Shown here piece after piece: positions 1-7,613 of a DNA stretch of 32,960 nucleotides. The stretch spans positions 1 to 32,960 of the forward strand of contig DAIDBF010000049.1 of the NCBI GenBank assembly GCA_027310235.1. The letters run 5' to 3'. How positions within the stretch are numbered: position 1 is the first letter of the stretch; each line of letters begins with the position of its first letter. This DNA comes from a bacterium (GTDB taxonomy: Bacteria > Patescibacteriota > Minisyncoccia > UBA6257 > GWB1-50-10). The notes below the pieces were generated by a model. That model did no database searches. It saw nothing but the letters and a program-made list of their open reading frames with translations, and had not been told where the DNA came from. The translations under genes and the position numbers were made by a program.

Positions 1-216
1 GATCACGGGAGGGTGTTTCGTATGAAGGGGACTCGTCTCGTTCTGCCGCTCTATCATCCCGCCGCGGCACTTCGCTCGACATCGGTGCTCCAGGAGCTCG
101 AGAAAGATTTTGCGAAGCTCAAGGTGGTTGTCGAAAAAGCCGACGAACTTCTCGTCGTGGAAGGAAAAGTTGCGGAAGAGGAGAGCGAAGAGAAAAAACA
201 AGAAACATTATTATGA
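1..216 (+). CDS. C-terminal fragment of a family-4-type uracil-DNA glycosylase-like protein (5' end outside window)
   Basis: Frame 1 is open from base 1 to TGA 214-216. The tail GTRLVLPLYHPAAALRSTSVLQELEKDF resembles the conserved YHP(A/S)..LR C-terminal motif of family 4 UDGs. The stop overlaps the next start (ATGA at 213-216). Confidence 0.45.
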   Translation, partial: DHGRVFRMKGTRLVLPLYHPAAALRSTSVLQELEKDFAKLKVVVEKADELLVVEGKVAEEESEEKKQETLL

Positions 217-760
217 AAAAACGCGGACCGTGGAAAATAAAAAAGACGAAGACCGTTTATAGAAATCGTTGGATCTCGGTACGGGAGGACTCCGTGATAC
301 ACCCCGACGGGAGGCCCGGCATTTTCGGAGTGGTAACGATGCTTCCCGGAAGTTCGGTGATTCCCATGGATGAGAAAGGAAACGTGTATCTCACGAAAGG
401 ATTTCACTACGGAATCAACAGAGTGACTATCGAAGCAATAGGCGGGGGATCGAAAAGGGGGAAGACAAGCTCGCTGCCGCCAAGCGGGAACTGAAAGAAG
501 AAGCAGGCCTTGTCGCGAGGAAGTGGGTCTATCTCGGGATGGTTGATCCGTTTACGATGGTAGTGAATTCCCCCAATCATATGTATCTCGCCCAAGGGTT
601 GTCGCAAAAGCAGGCCCATCAGGAAGGAACGGAATCCCTGCAGATCATCAAGGTTTCTCTCAGGAAAGCGTTGCAGCTGATGGAAGAGAGAAAGATAACT
701 CACTCGGCCACATGCGTGGCCATTCTTAAAATAGCGTTGTTGTCGAAGGAGAAAAAATAA
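213..760 (+). pseudogene. NUDIX hydrolase (ADP-ribose pyrophosphatase-like) split by a 1-nt frameshift
   Basis: ORF 213-494 ends ...TIEAIGGGSKRGKTSSLPPSGN*. Shifting frame at the G5A run (444-450) reads GG(I)EKGEDKLAAAKRELKEEAGLVARKWVYLGMVDPF..., a canonical NUDIX box (Gx5Ex7REUxEExGU) that runs into ORF 539-760. Confidence 0.7.
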
Positions 761-819
761 GATTCGGACGGTAGCCACCTTTCATCGTTTTTCTGATATA
801 GTTATGAAATTCGAAAGGC

Positions 820-2778
820 ATGGCGGATGAAATCAAATCACATTTGAACGAACGACAGTGGAAGGCGGTCTCTACGACGGAGGGGCCGCTTCTCGTGATT
901 GCGGGTCCGGGATCGGGAAAGACGCGGGTTATCGAATATCGCGTGTTGCATCTTATCGAGAAAGGAGTTATTCCGGGACAGATTCTCCTTCTCACGTTTA
1001 CCAGAAAAGCGGCGCAGGAGATGCTTTCTCGTGCGGCCGCTCATGACGAGCGTGCAGGCCACGTACACGGGGGAACATTCCACTCATTCTCCTACAAACT
1101 CGTCGGCGAGTTCAGAAAACAGCTTGGATTTCCGGGCTCGCTTACCGTACTCGATGAAGGCGATGCGGAAGAAGCGCTCCAAAAACTCGTCGTACGTCTG
1201 GAACTCGGGGTCGGGGATACGGCATTTCCCAAAAAGCGTACGCTCCGCGCGATTCTGAGCGAGGCGACCAATAAAGACAAAACGATCTTCGAAATACTTG
1301 AACATTCTTACGAACATCTTCTGCCACATGCAAAAGCAATCGCACGGCTTGAGGAAGCGTACGCCGTCTACAAGCGAGAAGCAGGATATCTTGATTTCGA
1401 CGATCTTCTTCTCCTTGCAGTTAAATTGCTCCGCGATAAAGAGGTGGCGCGCGTCGTAGGTTCGCGCTACCGGTACGTCATGGTCGACGAGTATCAGGAT
1501 ACGAATCGTCTTCAAGGAGAAATCGCGTATCTTCTTGCGCATGCGCACGCGAATATCATGGTGGTGGGAGATGATGCACAGAGTATTTACGGATTCCGGG
1601 GCGCATTTCACGAGAATATCATGGAGTTTCCGAAATTGTTTCCCGGTTGCGTTACCGTGCTTCTCGAAGAGAACTACAGAAGTACGCAGAGGATTCTGAA
1701 TCTCGGCAACGCGATCTTGGAAACAATGCCGAAGAAGTTTAAAAAAACGCTTGTCGCGGCGCGCGGGGAAGCAGGCACCACGCCGCACATGGCGTACTTC
1801 GGGGATACTGAGGAAGAAGCGCATTGGATAAGAAGCCACATTCAATTCTTAGAGAAAAAAGGAATGCCGCTCTCGCGTCAGGCAGTGCTTTTCCGGTCCT
1901 CGTATATTTCAATCCCGCTTCAGGCGGAGCTTACCAAACACGGAATTCCCTATGAAGTATTCGGAGGATTGAAGTTCTATGAGATGGCGCACGTAAAAGA
2001 TGTGCTCGCGTATCTCAAAATTCTCGCGAACCCCCGCGATGAACTAAGCTGGAGCAGAGTGCTGCTTCTTATTCCCGGCGTGGGATTGAAGACCGCAGAT
2101 ACGATCTGGAATCATGTGAAGCGCGAGAATGGCGCGGCTTCGAATCTAGAATGGGGGAACTACCCCAACGGGGTGCGGGCGCTTGTTGAGACGCTGCATC
2201 TTGCCGCAGAGGAGTCGAAACCGATTCAGGATCGTTTTGATGTTCTTCTCTCGTACTACACGCCCGTACTGAAACAAAAATTCGATGACTGGCCCTCGCG
2301 CAAGAACGATCTCGAGGTACTCCGCGAGATTGCCGGATATTATAACGATCTTCACTCGTTCCTCGCCGACTGCGCGATCGAACCGCCGGAACGCCGACAA
2401 AAAAGAAAAGAACATGCGCTTACGCTCTCCACAATTCATTCGGCAAAGGGACTCGAGTGGGATTCGGTGTGCCTCTTGGGTGCGATCGATGGAGTACTCC
2501 CTTCGAAGATGGCATTTGATTCTGAGGAAGAGCTCGAAGAAGAACAACGCCTCCTCTATGTCGCGGTGACGCGCGCGAAAAACGACCTTGCGCTCTCGTT
2601 CCATTTGGAGGGTGGGCGCGGGGGATTCTCCTTACACAGATTATCCCGTTTTCTCGAGGAAGAAGAGGTATTTGCCGCGCTCGAACACAGGGATTATTCG
2701 GAGCGTCGCGCGCGGGAGCAGGCGGTGTGGAACGATGGGACTGACGGGGTTTATGAAGAAGATGAGGTGGAGTATTAA
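820..2778 (+). CDS. UvrD/PcrA/Rep-family ATP-dependent DNA helicase
   Basis: 652 aa with SF1 motifs AGPGSGKT (Walker A), MVDEYQDTN, ENYRST, TIHSAKGLEW and LLYVAVTRAK. A GAAAGG SD-like sequence precedes the ATG. Confidence 0.92.
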   Translation: MADEIKSHLNERQWKAVSTTEGPLLVIAGPGSGKTRVIEYRVLHLIEKGVIPGQILLLTFTRKAAQEMLSRAAAHDERAGHVHGGTFHSFSYKLVGEFRKQLGFPGSLTVLDEGDAEEALQKLVVRLELGVGDTAFPKKRTLRAILSEATNKDKTIFEILEHSYEHLLPHAKAIARLEEAYAVYKREAGYLDFDDLLLLAVKLLRDKEVARVVGSRYRYVMVDEYQDTNRLQGEIAYLLAHAHANIMVVGDDAQSIYGFRGAFHENIMEFPKLFPGCVTVLLEENYRSTQRILNLGNAILETMPKKFKKTLVAARGEAGTTPHMAYFGDTEEEAHWIRSHIQFLEKKGMPLSRQAVLFRSSYISIPLQAELTKHGIPYEVFGGLKFYEMAHVKDVLAYLKILANPRDELSWSRVLLLIPGVGLKTADTIWNHVKRENGAASNLEWGNYPNGVRALVETLHLAAEESKPIQDRFDVLLSYYTPVLKQKFDDWPSRKNDLEVLREIAGYYNDLHSFLADCAIEPPERRQKRKEHALTLSTIHSAKGLEWDSVCLLGAIDGVLPSKMAFDSEEELEEEQRLLYVAVTRAKNDLALSFHLEGGRGGFSLHRLSRFLEEEEVFAALEHRDYSERRAREQAVWNDGTDGVYEEDEVEY

Positions 2779-2835
2779 ATATCCGGCCGTAATGTTTTTG
2801 ATGAAAACGTGGTAAAACCCAAAACTTTTGCTGAG

Positions 2836-2864
2836 TTGACACGAAAATAAAGACACCTTATTCT
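2836..2864 (+). promoter_or_regulatory. Candidate sigma-70-type promoter for the glutaredoxin-like gene
   Basis: TTGACA (2836-2841), a 17-nt spacer, then TATTCT (2859-2864). The ATG at 2874 lies only 9 nt downstream. Confidence 0.45.
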
Positions 2865-2873
2865 AAGAAAACT

Positions 2874-3107
2874 ATGGCAAAGGTTACTATCTACTCCACC
2901 CCAACTTGCGTATTTTGCAAGATGGCAAAGGCGTTTTTCGCCGCAAATAAAGTTGAGTATGCCGAGAAGGACGTCGCGGCAGACCTCGAAGCGCGCAAGG
3001 AGATGGTCGAAAAATCGGGCCAGCTTGGCGTGCCGGTTATCGACATCGACGGGGCGATCACCGTAGGGTTCGACAAGGATCGACTCTCGGAATTGCTTCA
3101 CTTGTAA
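2874..3107 (+). CDS. Glutaredoxin-like / NrdH-like small thioredoxin-fold protein
   Basis: 77 aa. It has the redox motif CVFC near the N-terminus (VTIYSTPTCVFCKMAK) and the GVPVI..DG motif typical of the Grx/NrdH fold. Confidence 0.85.
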   Translation: MAKVTIYSTPTCVFCKMAKAFFAANKVEYAEKDVAADLEARKEMVEKSGQLGVPVIDIDGAITVGFDKDRLSELLHL

Positions 3108-3163
3108 TTCCACCCGGTTCAATAGAGTAAGGAGTTGTTCTTTAACCTCGAATATTCGGGGTT

Positions 3164-3328
3164 CTCTCTGCGCCGCATTCCTCCGAACGAGGGTAGGACT
3201 TGGCCTAAGATAATAAAGTAGCCCCTCGTCGTGAACTCCTCGGGATGCTTACGAAGCGTGTTTATCTTCCTTGTTAGTGCGCTTCGTAAGCAAGCGCCCG
3301 AGCCGAGGAGGAATGCGGCGCAGGAGAG
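3164..3328. other. Long imperfect palindrome / candidate three-way-junction structured RNA
   Basis: The outer stem 3169-3184 (tgcgccgcattcctcc) pairs perfectly with 3307-3322 (ggaggaatgcggcgca). Inside it are acgaggg/ccctcgt, ctcggg/cccgag, and a perfect 12-bp hairpin gcttacgaagcg (3247-3258) / cgcttcgtaagc (3280-3291). Confidence 0.4.
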
Positions 3329-3369
3329 TTGTAAAAAATAATTTGCCCAAGTGGGGGTGGTATAGTACA

Positions 3370-4965
3370 ATGAGCGCTGATTTGGATATGAAAGGAGTGA
3401 AACGATTCATATCATCTTTCAAAAAGCCGTGGCGGGCTGTTTTTTTGGGTATTCTGATTCTCGTAGTGATTCTTTTGGTCGTTCAGAAAAACGGGAACGG
3501 CGCTCCGGAACTTGTTCAAGTGACGCGCGGCACTGTTACCCAGGAAGTTATCGCGACGGGACAAATTGTGCCCGAGAAAGACGTGAGTCTCGCATTCCAG
3601 ACGGCAGGCACGATTGCACGCGTGTATGTACAAGTGGGTGATAAGGTGGATGTCGGTACTTTACTTCTCTCGCTCGACGACGCAGAATTCCGGGCCCAGC
3701 TCGCAGAAGCGAATGCGGCAGTAGATTCCGCAGAAGCGAACCTTGGTCTTCTAAAACAGGGAGCCAAGGCGGAGGATGTGCGCGTTTCCGAAGCCCAGGT
3801 TGCGGAGGCCGAGGGGACGCTCATAAGTGCGAAGCGAGGGGTTATGAGTGCGATTCAGAGTGCGGTTGCGGATGCCGACGATGCAATATATAACCGCGCC
3901 GATCAGCTTTTCACGAATGCGACGACGAATCCGCAACTCGTATTTTCTTCAAGTGACACGCAGCTCTCCGGGGATGTGCAATCGGAACGGCTTCAGGTAC
4001 AAGGAATGCTTGTTCCCTGGGAGGCGTCCGTGAGAGGACTTACCGATCAAAACGATCTTCATCTCGCGATTGGAACGGCAAGCGATGTGTTGGGGAACGT
4101 TCAACAAACACTCTCCGATCTTACGCTCGCCTTGAGTAAAGCCGCGACGAATTCTTCCTATCCTCAGTCCACGATCGACGGATGGAAGACCAGCATCGCG
4201 ACCGCGAGGACGAACGTAAGTGCCGCGATCGCGGGTATCGCGTCGGCGCGGGGAACACTTGTGGCCGCGGAGGCGGGTCTCTCGGTTTCCCAGAATCAAC
4301 TTGCATTAAAGAAAGCTCCCGCAACGCCGGAAGAAATTGCGGCGCAGGAAGCAGGAGTGGGACAAGCGCAGGCGAAAGTCGCGCTCATTCAAGCGCAGAT
4401 GGATAAGATGACGCTCCGATCTCCCTTGAAGGGCGTAGTGACGCGCCAAGACGGGAAGATAGGCCAGTCGGTTTTCTCGACGACGGGATTGACCTCTCTC
4501 GTTTCAATAATCGGTGAGAACAGCCTGGAGATAGAAACAAATACCCCGGAGATCGACGTTGCGAAACTACAGACAGGGAACGTCGTGCGATTTACCCTGG
4601 ATGCGCTTCCCGGAGAAAATTTCACGGGACGCATCATTTCGATAGATCCTGCGGAAACGGTAATAGACGGTGTCTCGAATTACAAGGTAAAAATTGCCTT
4701 TGATGCGATGGATCCGCGTTTCAAGAGCGGGCTTACGGCAAACCTGGAGATAGAGACGGTAAAGAAGGAAAATGTCCTGCTCCTTCCGCAATACGCGATC
4801 GTCGAGAACGCTTCGGGAACGTTCATACGACGACTTGAAGGCAAGAAAGAAATCGAGGTACCGGTTACGCTCGGTATCCGGGGGCGGGACGGAAATGTAG
4901 AGGTTATCTCCGGTCTTAAGGAGGGGGATAAAGTCCTGAATGTCGGATCGAAACCGAAGAATTAG
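3370..4965 (+). CDS. HlyD/MacA-type membrane-fusion (efflux adaptor) protein
   Basis: It has an N-terminal TM anchor (AVFLGILILVVILLVV), a barrel-sandwich motif (QTAGTIARVYVQVGDKVDVGTLLLSLD), a long Ala/Gln-rich coiled-coil hairpin, and LRSPLKGVVT. The ORF-track start at 3271 runs across the upstream palindrome, so the ATG at 3370 is preferred. Confidence 0.85.
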   Translation: MSADLDMKGVKRFISSFKKPWRAVFLGILILVVILLVVQKNGNGAPELVQVTRGTVTQEVIATGQIVPEKDVSLAFQTAGTIARVYVQVGDKVDVGTLLLSLDDAEFRAQLAEANAAVDSAEANLGLLKQGAKAEDVRVSEAQVAEAEGTLISAKRGVMSAIQSAVADADDAIYNRADQLFTNATTNPQLVFSSSDTQLSGDVQSERLQVQGMLVPWEASVRGLTDQNDLHLAIGTASDVLGNVQQTLSDLTLALSKAATNSSYPQSTIDGWKTSIATARTNVSAAIAGIASARGTLVAAEAGLSVSQNQLALKKAPATPEEIAAQEAGVGQAQAKVALIQAQMDKMTLRSPLKGVVTRQDGKIGQSVFSTTGLTSLVSIIGENSLEIETNTPEIDVAKLQTGNVVRFTLDALPGENFTGRIISIDPAETVIDGVSNYKVKIAFDAMDPRFKSGLTANLEIETVKKENVLLLPQYAIVENASGTFIRRLEGKKEIEVPVTLGIRGRDGNVEVISGLKEGDKVLNVGSKPKN

Positions 4966-4984
4966 AAACGAAAGGAGTAATCGT

Positions 4985-5071
4985 ATGGCACGCGTGGAAT
5001 TTTGGATTTTTTTGATTATCGGTTTTGTGATCGCCTATGTGGGATTTGCCCACGCGCACGGGGGTTTCTAA
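4985..5071 (+). CDS. Possible 28-aa hydrophobic micro-protein
   Basis: It reads MARVEFWIFLIIGFVIAYVGFAHAHGGF*. The strongest SD in the window (AAGGAG) lies 8 nt upstream, directly after the adaptor gene. It is too short for the ORF track. Confidence 0.35.
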   Translation: MARVEFWIFLIIGFVIAYVGFAHAHGGF

Positions 5072-6522
5072 CTCGCTTTCTTTTTTTGTTCGTAGTTGTT
5101 GTTCCGAAGCGCGAGTCCCTCCGATTCGAACCATGAAAGGAACTTGTCCGGATTATTCTTCTCGAAGGGTATGAAGAACTTCAGCCAGCCGCCTATCCTC
5201 CGGATTTGCGGATTCAGGCCGTTTTCCGATCCAACCTCCTTCATTTTTTCTAAAAGACGGCTTGCATTCTTTTCCTCGATGTATCCGAGAAACGACGTAT
5301 CGCTTATCTCAAAGTAGCCGTGTCGTTCACCCCACGCCGGTTTCCCGTTTTCTTCGGGAGCCCGTGCGGCAACTGCGGGAAGGTTTCCCAACAAACGATC
5401 GCCCCACCCAAGTTTGTTTTTCCGAACATAGACGATGTTTCCGAAACGGCTTTCCCTTACATTTTTCTTCGATTTCAGGTAGCGATGCGATGTTTCCATA
5501 TTTCCCTTTTGTTTTGCAACCGCGCCCTCGATGTGATATTTCGATACGGAATCCTGGGAAAGAGGAATCTGTGATTTTTTTATGACCGCTTCCCGTATCG
5601 TTTCTTTCGTGGAAGAAAAATCGGACCAGTCGGCGCGTACGCCGTGAAGCGCATCCCCCAGTATCTCGGAGAGTTTCTCGGCATCGAGCAGCCGGTTGAT
5701 TTTGAAAAGATTTATCCTCGTCTTGTCGAAAAAATCCTCTTTCGTGTATTTGAGCCACTGGCCGCGTTCAATGATATCGGCGAAGATCGCGGCGCCTAAG
5801 AGCTCTTTCTTTTTGTTTTCTTCGAGTCCTTCAAAAAATCCCGCCTTGCTGAGCGTCTCATAAAGCACCATGGCCGGGCCTGCGTTCATTCTGTGTTGTT
5901 CCTTTTCGTCCGATTCTCTCTTCTCGTATTGTGCGCGTTCTTCGTCGGGTATCGCGACGATAAGGCCATCCTTGAGAAGCTCTTTCGGAATCTCATCCTC
6001 CTTGCCGCCCTCGAAAAAACTCAGTTTCGTCTTGTCGAGTTTGAATCCTGCTTCCTCGAGGAGCGTTTTCTGAATGTCATAATTTAATCCGCGCGGTTCT
6101 TCGATCGCATTTTTCCCGGTTGCGGTATCGTAATGCAGGTAGCCGGGAAACAAAAATCTCTTGTAATGATGAAGCATCTCCGCCTTGAGAGAGCTTTTGA
6201 GCTCCTGTTCGCGGGGGTAGCGTCCGGCCTTCCAATCGGACCTTATCCACGCACCTTCATAAAGAGGATCGATAATGTGTTCTTTGAGACCGGTCAAGAG
6301 ATGATGCGGCATCCTCTTTTCCTCGATGTCGGTTCGCGCGGGATCGATTTCAAAATTCCGTCCGAGCTCTTCCTTCAGTTTTTCAAATACTGCTGTGTTG
6401 AGGACCGTTTCCGCGGCGTTTCCGTAGTCCTTAAGCTGTTCCTTCGGGATGCTCGAGAGCATGGAAAAATCTTTGTTCTCTTCCTCGGGAGTATTCCTTT
6501 GTTCGAAGAAATCTTCTTTCAT
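5068..6522 (-). CDS. Hypothetical protein (Lys/Glu-rich, no recognisable domain)
   Basis: This is the only convincing minus-strand ORF. The track starts it at TTG 6546; ATG 6522 (MKEDFFEQ...) is preferred because a TATAGT hexamer lies 12 nt upstream on the minus strand. I recognised no family motifs. Confidence 0.7.
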   Translation of the reverse strand: MKEDFFEQRNTPEEENKDFSMLSSIPKEQLKDYGNAAETVLNTAVFEKLKEELGRNFEIDPARTDIEEKRMPHHLLTGLKEHIIDPLYEGAWIRSDWKAGRYPREQELKSSLKAEMLHHYKRFLFPGYLHYDTATGKNAIEEPRGLNYDIQKTLLEEAGFKLDKTKLSFFEGGKEDEIPKELLKDGLIVAIPDEERAQYEKRESDEKEQHRMNAGPAMVLYETLSKAGFFEGLEENKKKELLGAAIFADIIERGQWLKYTKEDFFDKTRINLFKINRLLDAEKLSEILGDALHGVRADWSDFSSTKETIREAVIKKSQIPLSQDSVSKYHIEGAVAKQKGNMETSHRYLKSKKNVRESRFGNIVYVRKNKLGWGDRLLGNLPAVAARAPEENGKPAWGERHGYFEISDTSFLGYIEEKNASRLLEKMKEVGSENGLNPQIRRIGGWLKFFIPFEKNNPDKFLSWFESEGLALRNNNYEQKKKAS

Positions 6523-6614
6523 GCGCTTTTCACCACTATATGGCAATCGGAAAGAATGGTCAAAATGCGCGGGAAGGAGTAGTATGGGAAAAAGGTCGTT
6601 CGCGTCTGTTTTTT

Positions 6615-6839
6615 ATGCAAGCATTTCTTCAAAATAATCTGGTATTTCTGTTGATTATCCTTTGGACGCTGCCTTGGAAAGGGGTGGCGCTCTGGAAGTC
6701 GGCGCGTCTCAGCCAAAAATGGTGGTTTGTGGCGCTTCTCGTGATCAACACGATCGGAATTCTCGAGATCCTTTATATCTTCGTGTTCTCGAAACATGCG
6801 GGATCGGGAGGAACTTCGGAAACGTCACTCAAAAACTAG
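6615..6839 (+). CDS. Small two-TM membrane protein (DUF5652-like)
   Basis: It reads MQAFLQNNLVFLLIILWTLPWKGVALWKSARLSQKWWFVALLVINTIGILEILYIFVF. The W.LPWKG.ALW...........WF.......NT.GILEI.Y pattern fits that family. I preferred the internal ATG 6615 over 6540. Confidence 0.7.
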   Translation: MQAFLQNNLVFLLIILWTLPWKGVALWKSARLSQKWWFVALLVINTIGILEILYIFVFSKHAGSGGTSETSLKN

Positions 6840-6843
6840 GACG

Positions 6844-7599
6844 ATGAACGGTACGCGTACGAGAAACATCTTCAGCCCCCAAAGCGGCGAGCCGTTTAAA
6901 TTGAGCCGCTCCAAAATCGAGCTCTTCACGGAGTGCCCGCGCTGTTTCTATCTCGATCGCCGGCTCGGCGTCGGACGTCCTCCGGGGTTTCCCTTCACGC
7001 TGAATTCCGCAGTCGATACGCTTTTGAAAAAAGAGTTCGACGTGCATCGCGCGCAAGGCACCTCGCACCCGCTTATGAAGGCGTATGGCGTCGATGCGGT
7101 TCCTTTCCCGCACGAGATGATGGACGAGTGGCGGGAAAACTTCAAAGGAGTTCAGTTCTACCACGAGCCGACGGGCTTCTTCGTGACGGGTGCGGTGGAC
7201 GACGTCTGGGTGAATCCGAAAAAAGAACTTATCGTCGTGGATTACAAAGCAACCTCGACCTCGAGCGAGATCACGCTCGATGCGGAATACCGTCAGGCGT
7301 ACAAGCGGCAGATGGAGATCTACCAGTGGCTTTTGCGAAAGAATGGTTTCACGGTTTCGGACATCGGTTACTTCGTCTATGCGAACGGCGACAAAGATAA
7401 GGAAGCGTTCGACGGGAAGTTGGAGTTCGCCATCACGCTCCTTTCTTATGCGGGAAACGATGCATGGGTTGAACCGGCACTTCATGCAATAAGAACATGC
7501 CTTGAAGGCGATATGCCAAATCCGAATCCCGCATGCGAATACTGCGCGTACCGGAAGGCGGCGAAAGTGCACGAAGACGAATCAGGAATTATGAATTAG
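6844..7599 (+). CDS. PD-(D/E)XK nuclease with Cas4/RecB-like cysteines
   Basis: It has GAVDDVW ... LIVVDYKAT (D...D-x-K) and QMEIYQWLL (QxxxY). Cys occur at the N-terminus (ECPRCFY) and at the C-terminus (RTC...PACEYCAY), as in Fe-S Cas4/AddB-type nucleases. Confidence 0.75.
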   Translation: MNGTRTRNIFSPQSGEPFKLSRSKIELFTECPRCFYLDRRLGVGRPPGFPFTLNSAVDTLLKKEFDVHRAQGTSHPLMKAYGVDAVPFPHEMMDEWRENFKGVQFYHEPTGFFVTGAVDDVWVNPKKELIVVDYKATSTSSEITLDAEYRQAYKRQMEIYQWLLRKNGFTVSDIGYFVYANGDKDKEAFDGKLEFAITLLSYAGNDAWVEPALHAIRTCLEGDMPNPNPACEYCAYRKAAKVHEDESGIMN

Positions 7600-7613
7600 G
7601 AATTACGAACCGT

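Noticed and set aside
1084-1845. 253-aa minus-strand ORF inside the helicase gene, plus analogous long antisense ORFs at 6829-7572, 8499-9236, 13034-13792, 14771-15562, 22908-23648 and 28579-29211
   Set aside because: Each is fully nested antisense to a + strand gene with strong family motifs. They have atypical Arg-rich composition and no recognisable domains.
3271-3369. N-terminal extension of the adaptor ORF (MLVRFVSKRPSRGGMRRRR...)
   Set aside because: The extension runs through the right arm of the 3164-3328 palindrome and across a -10-like element. The TM anchor and conserved domains all lie after ATG 3370.
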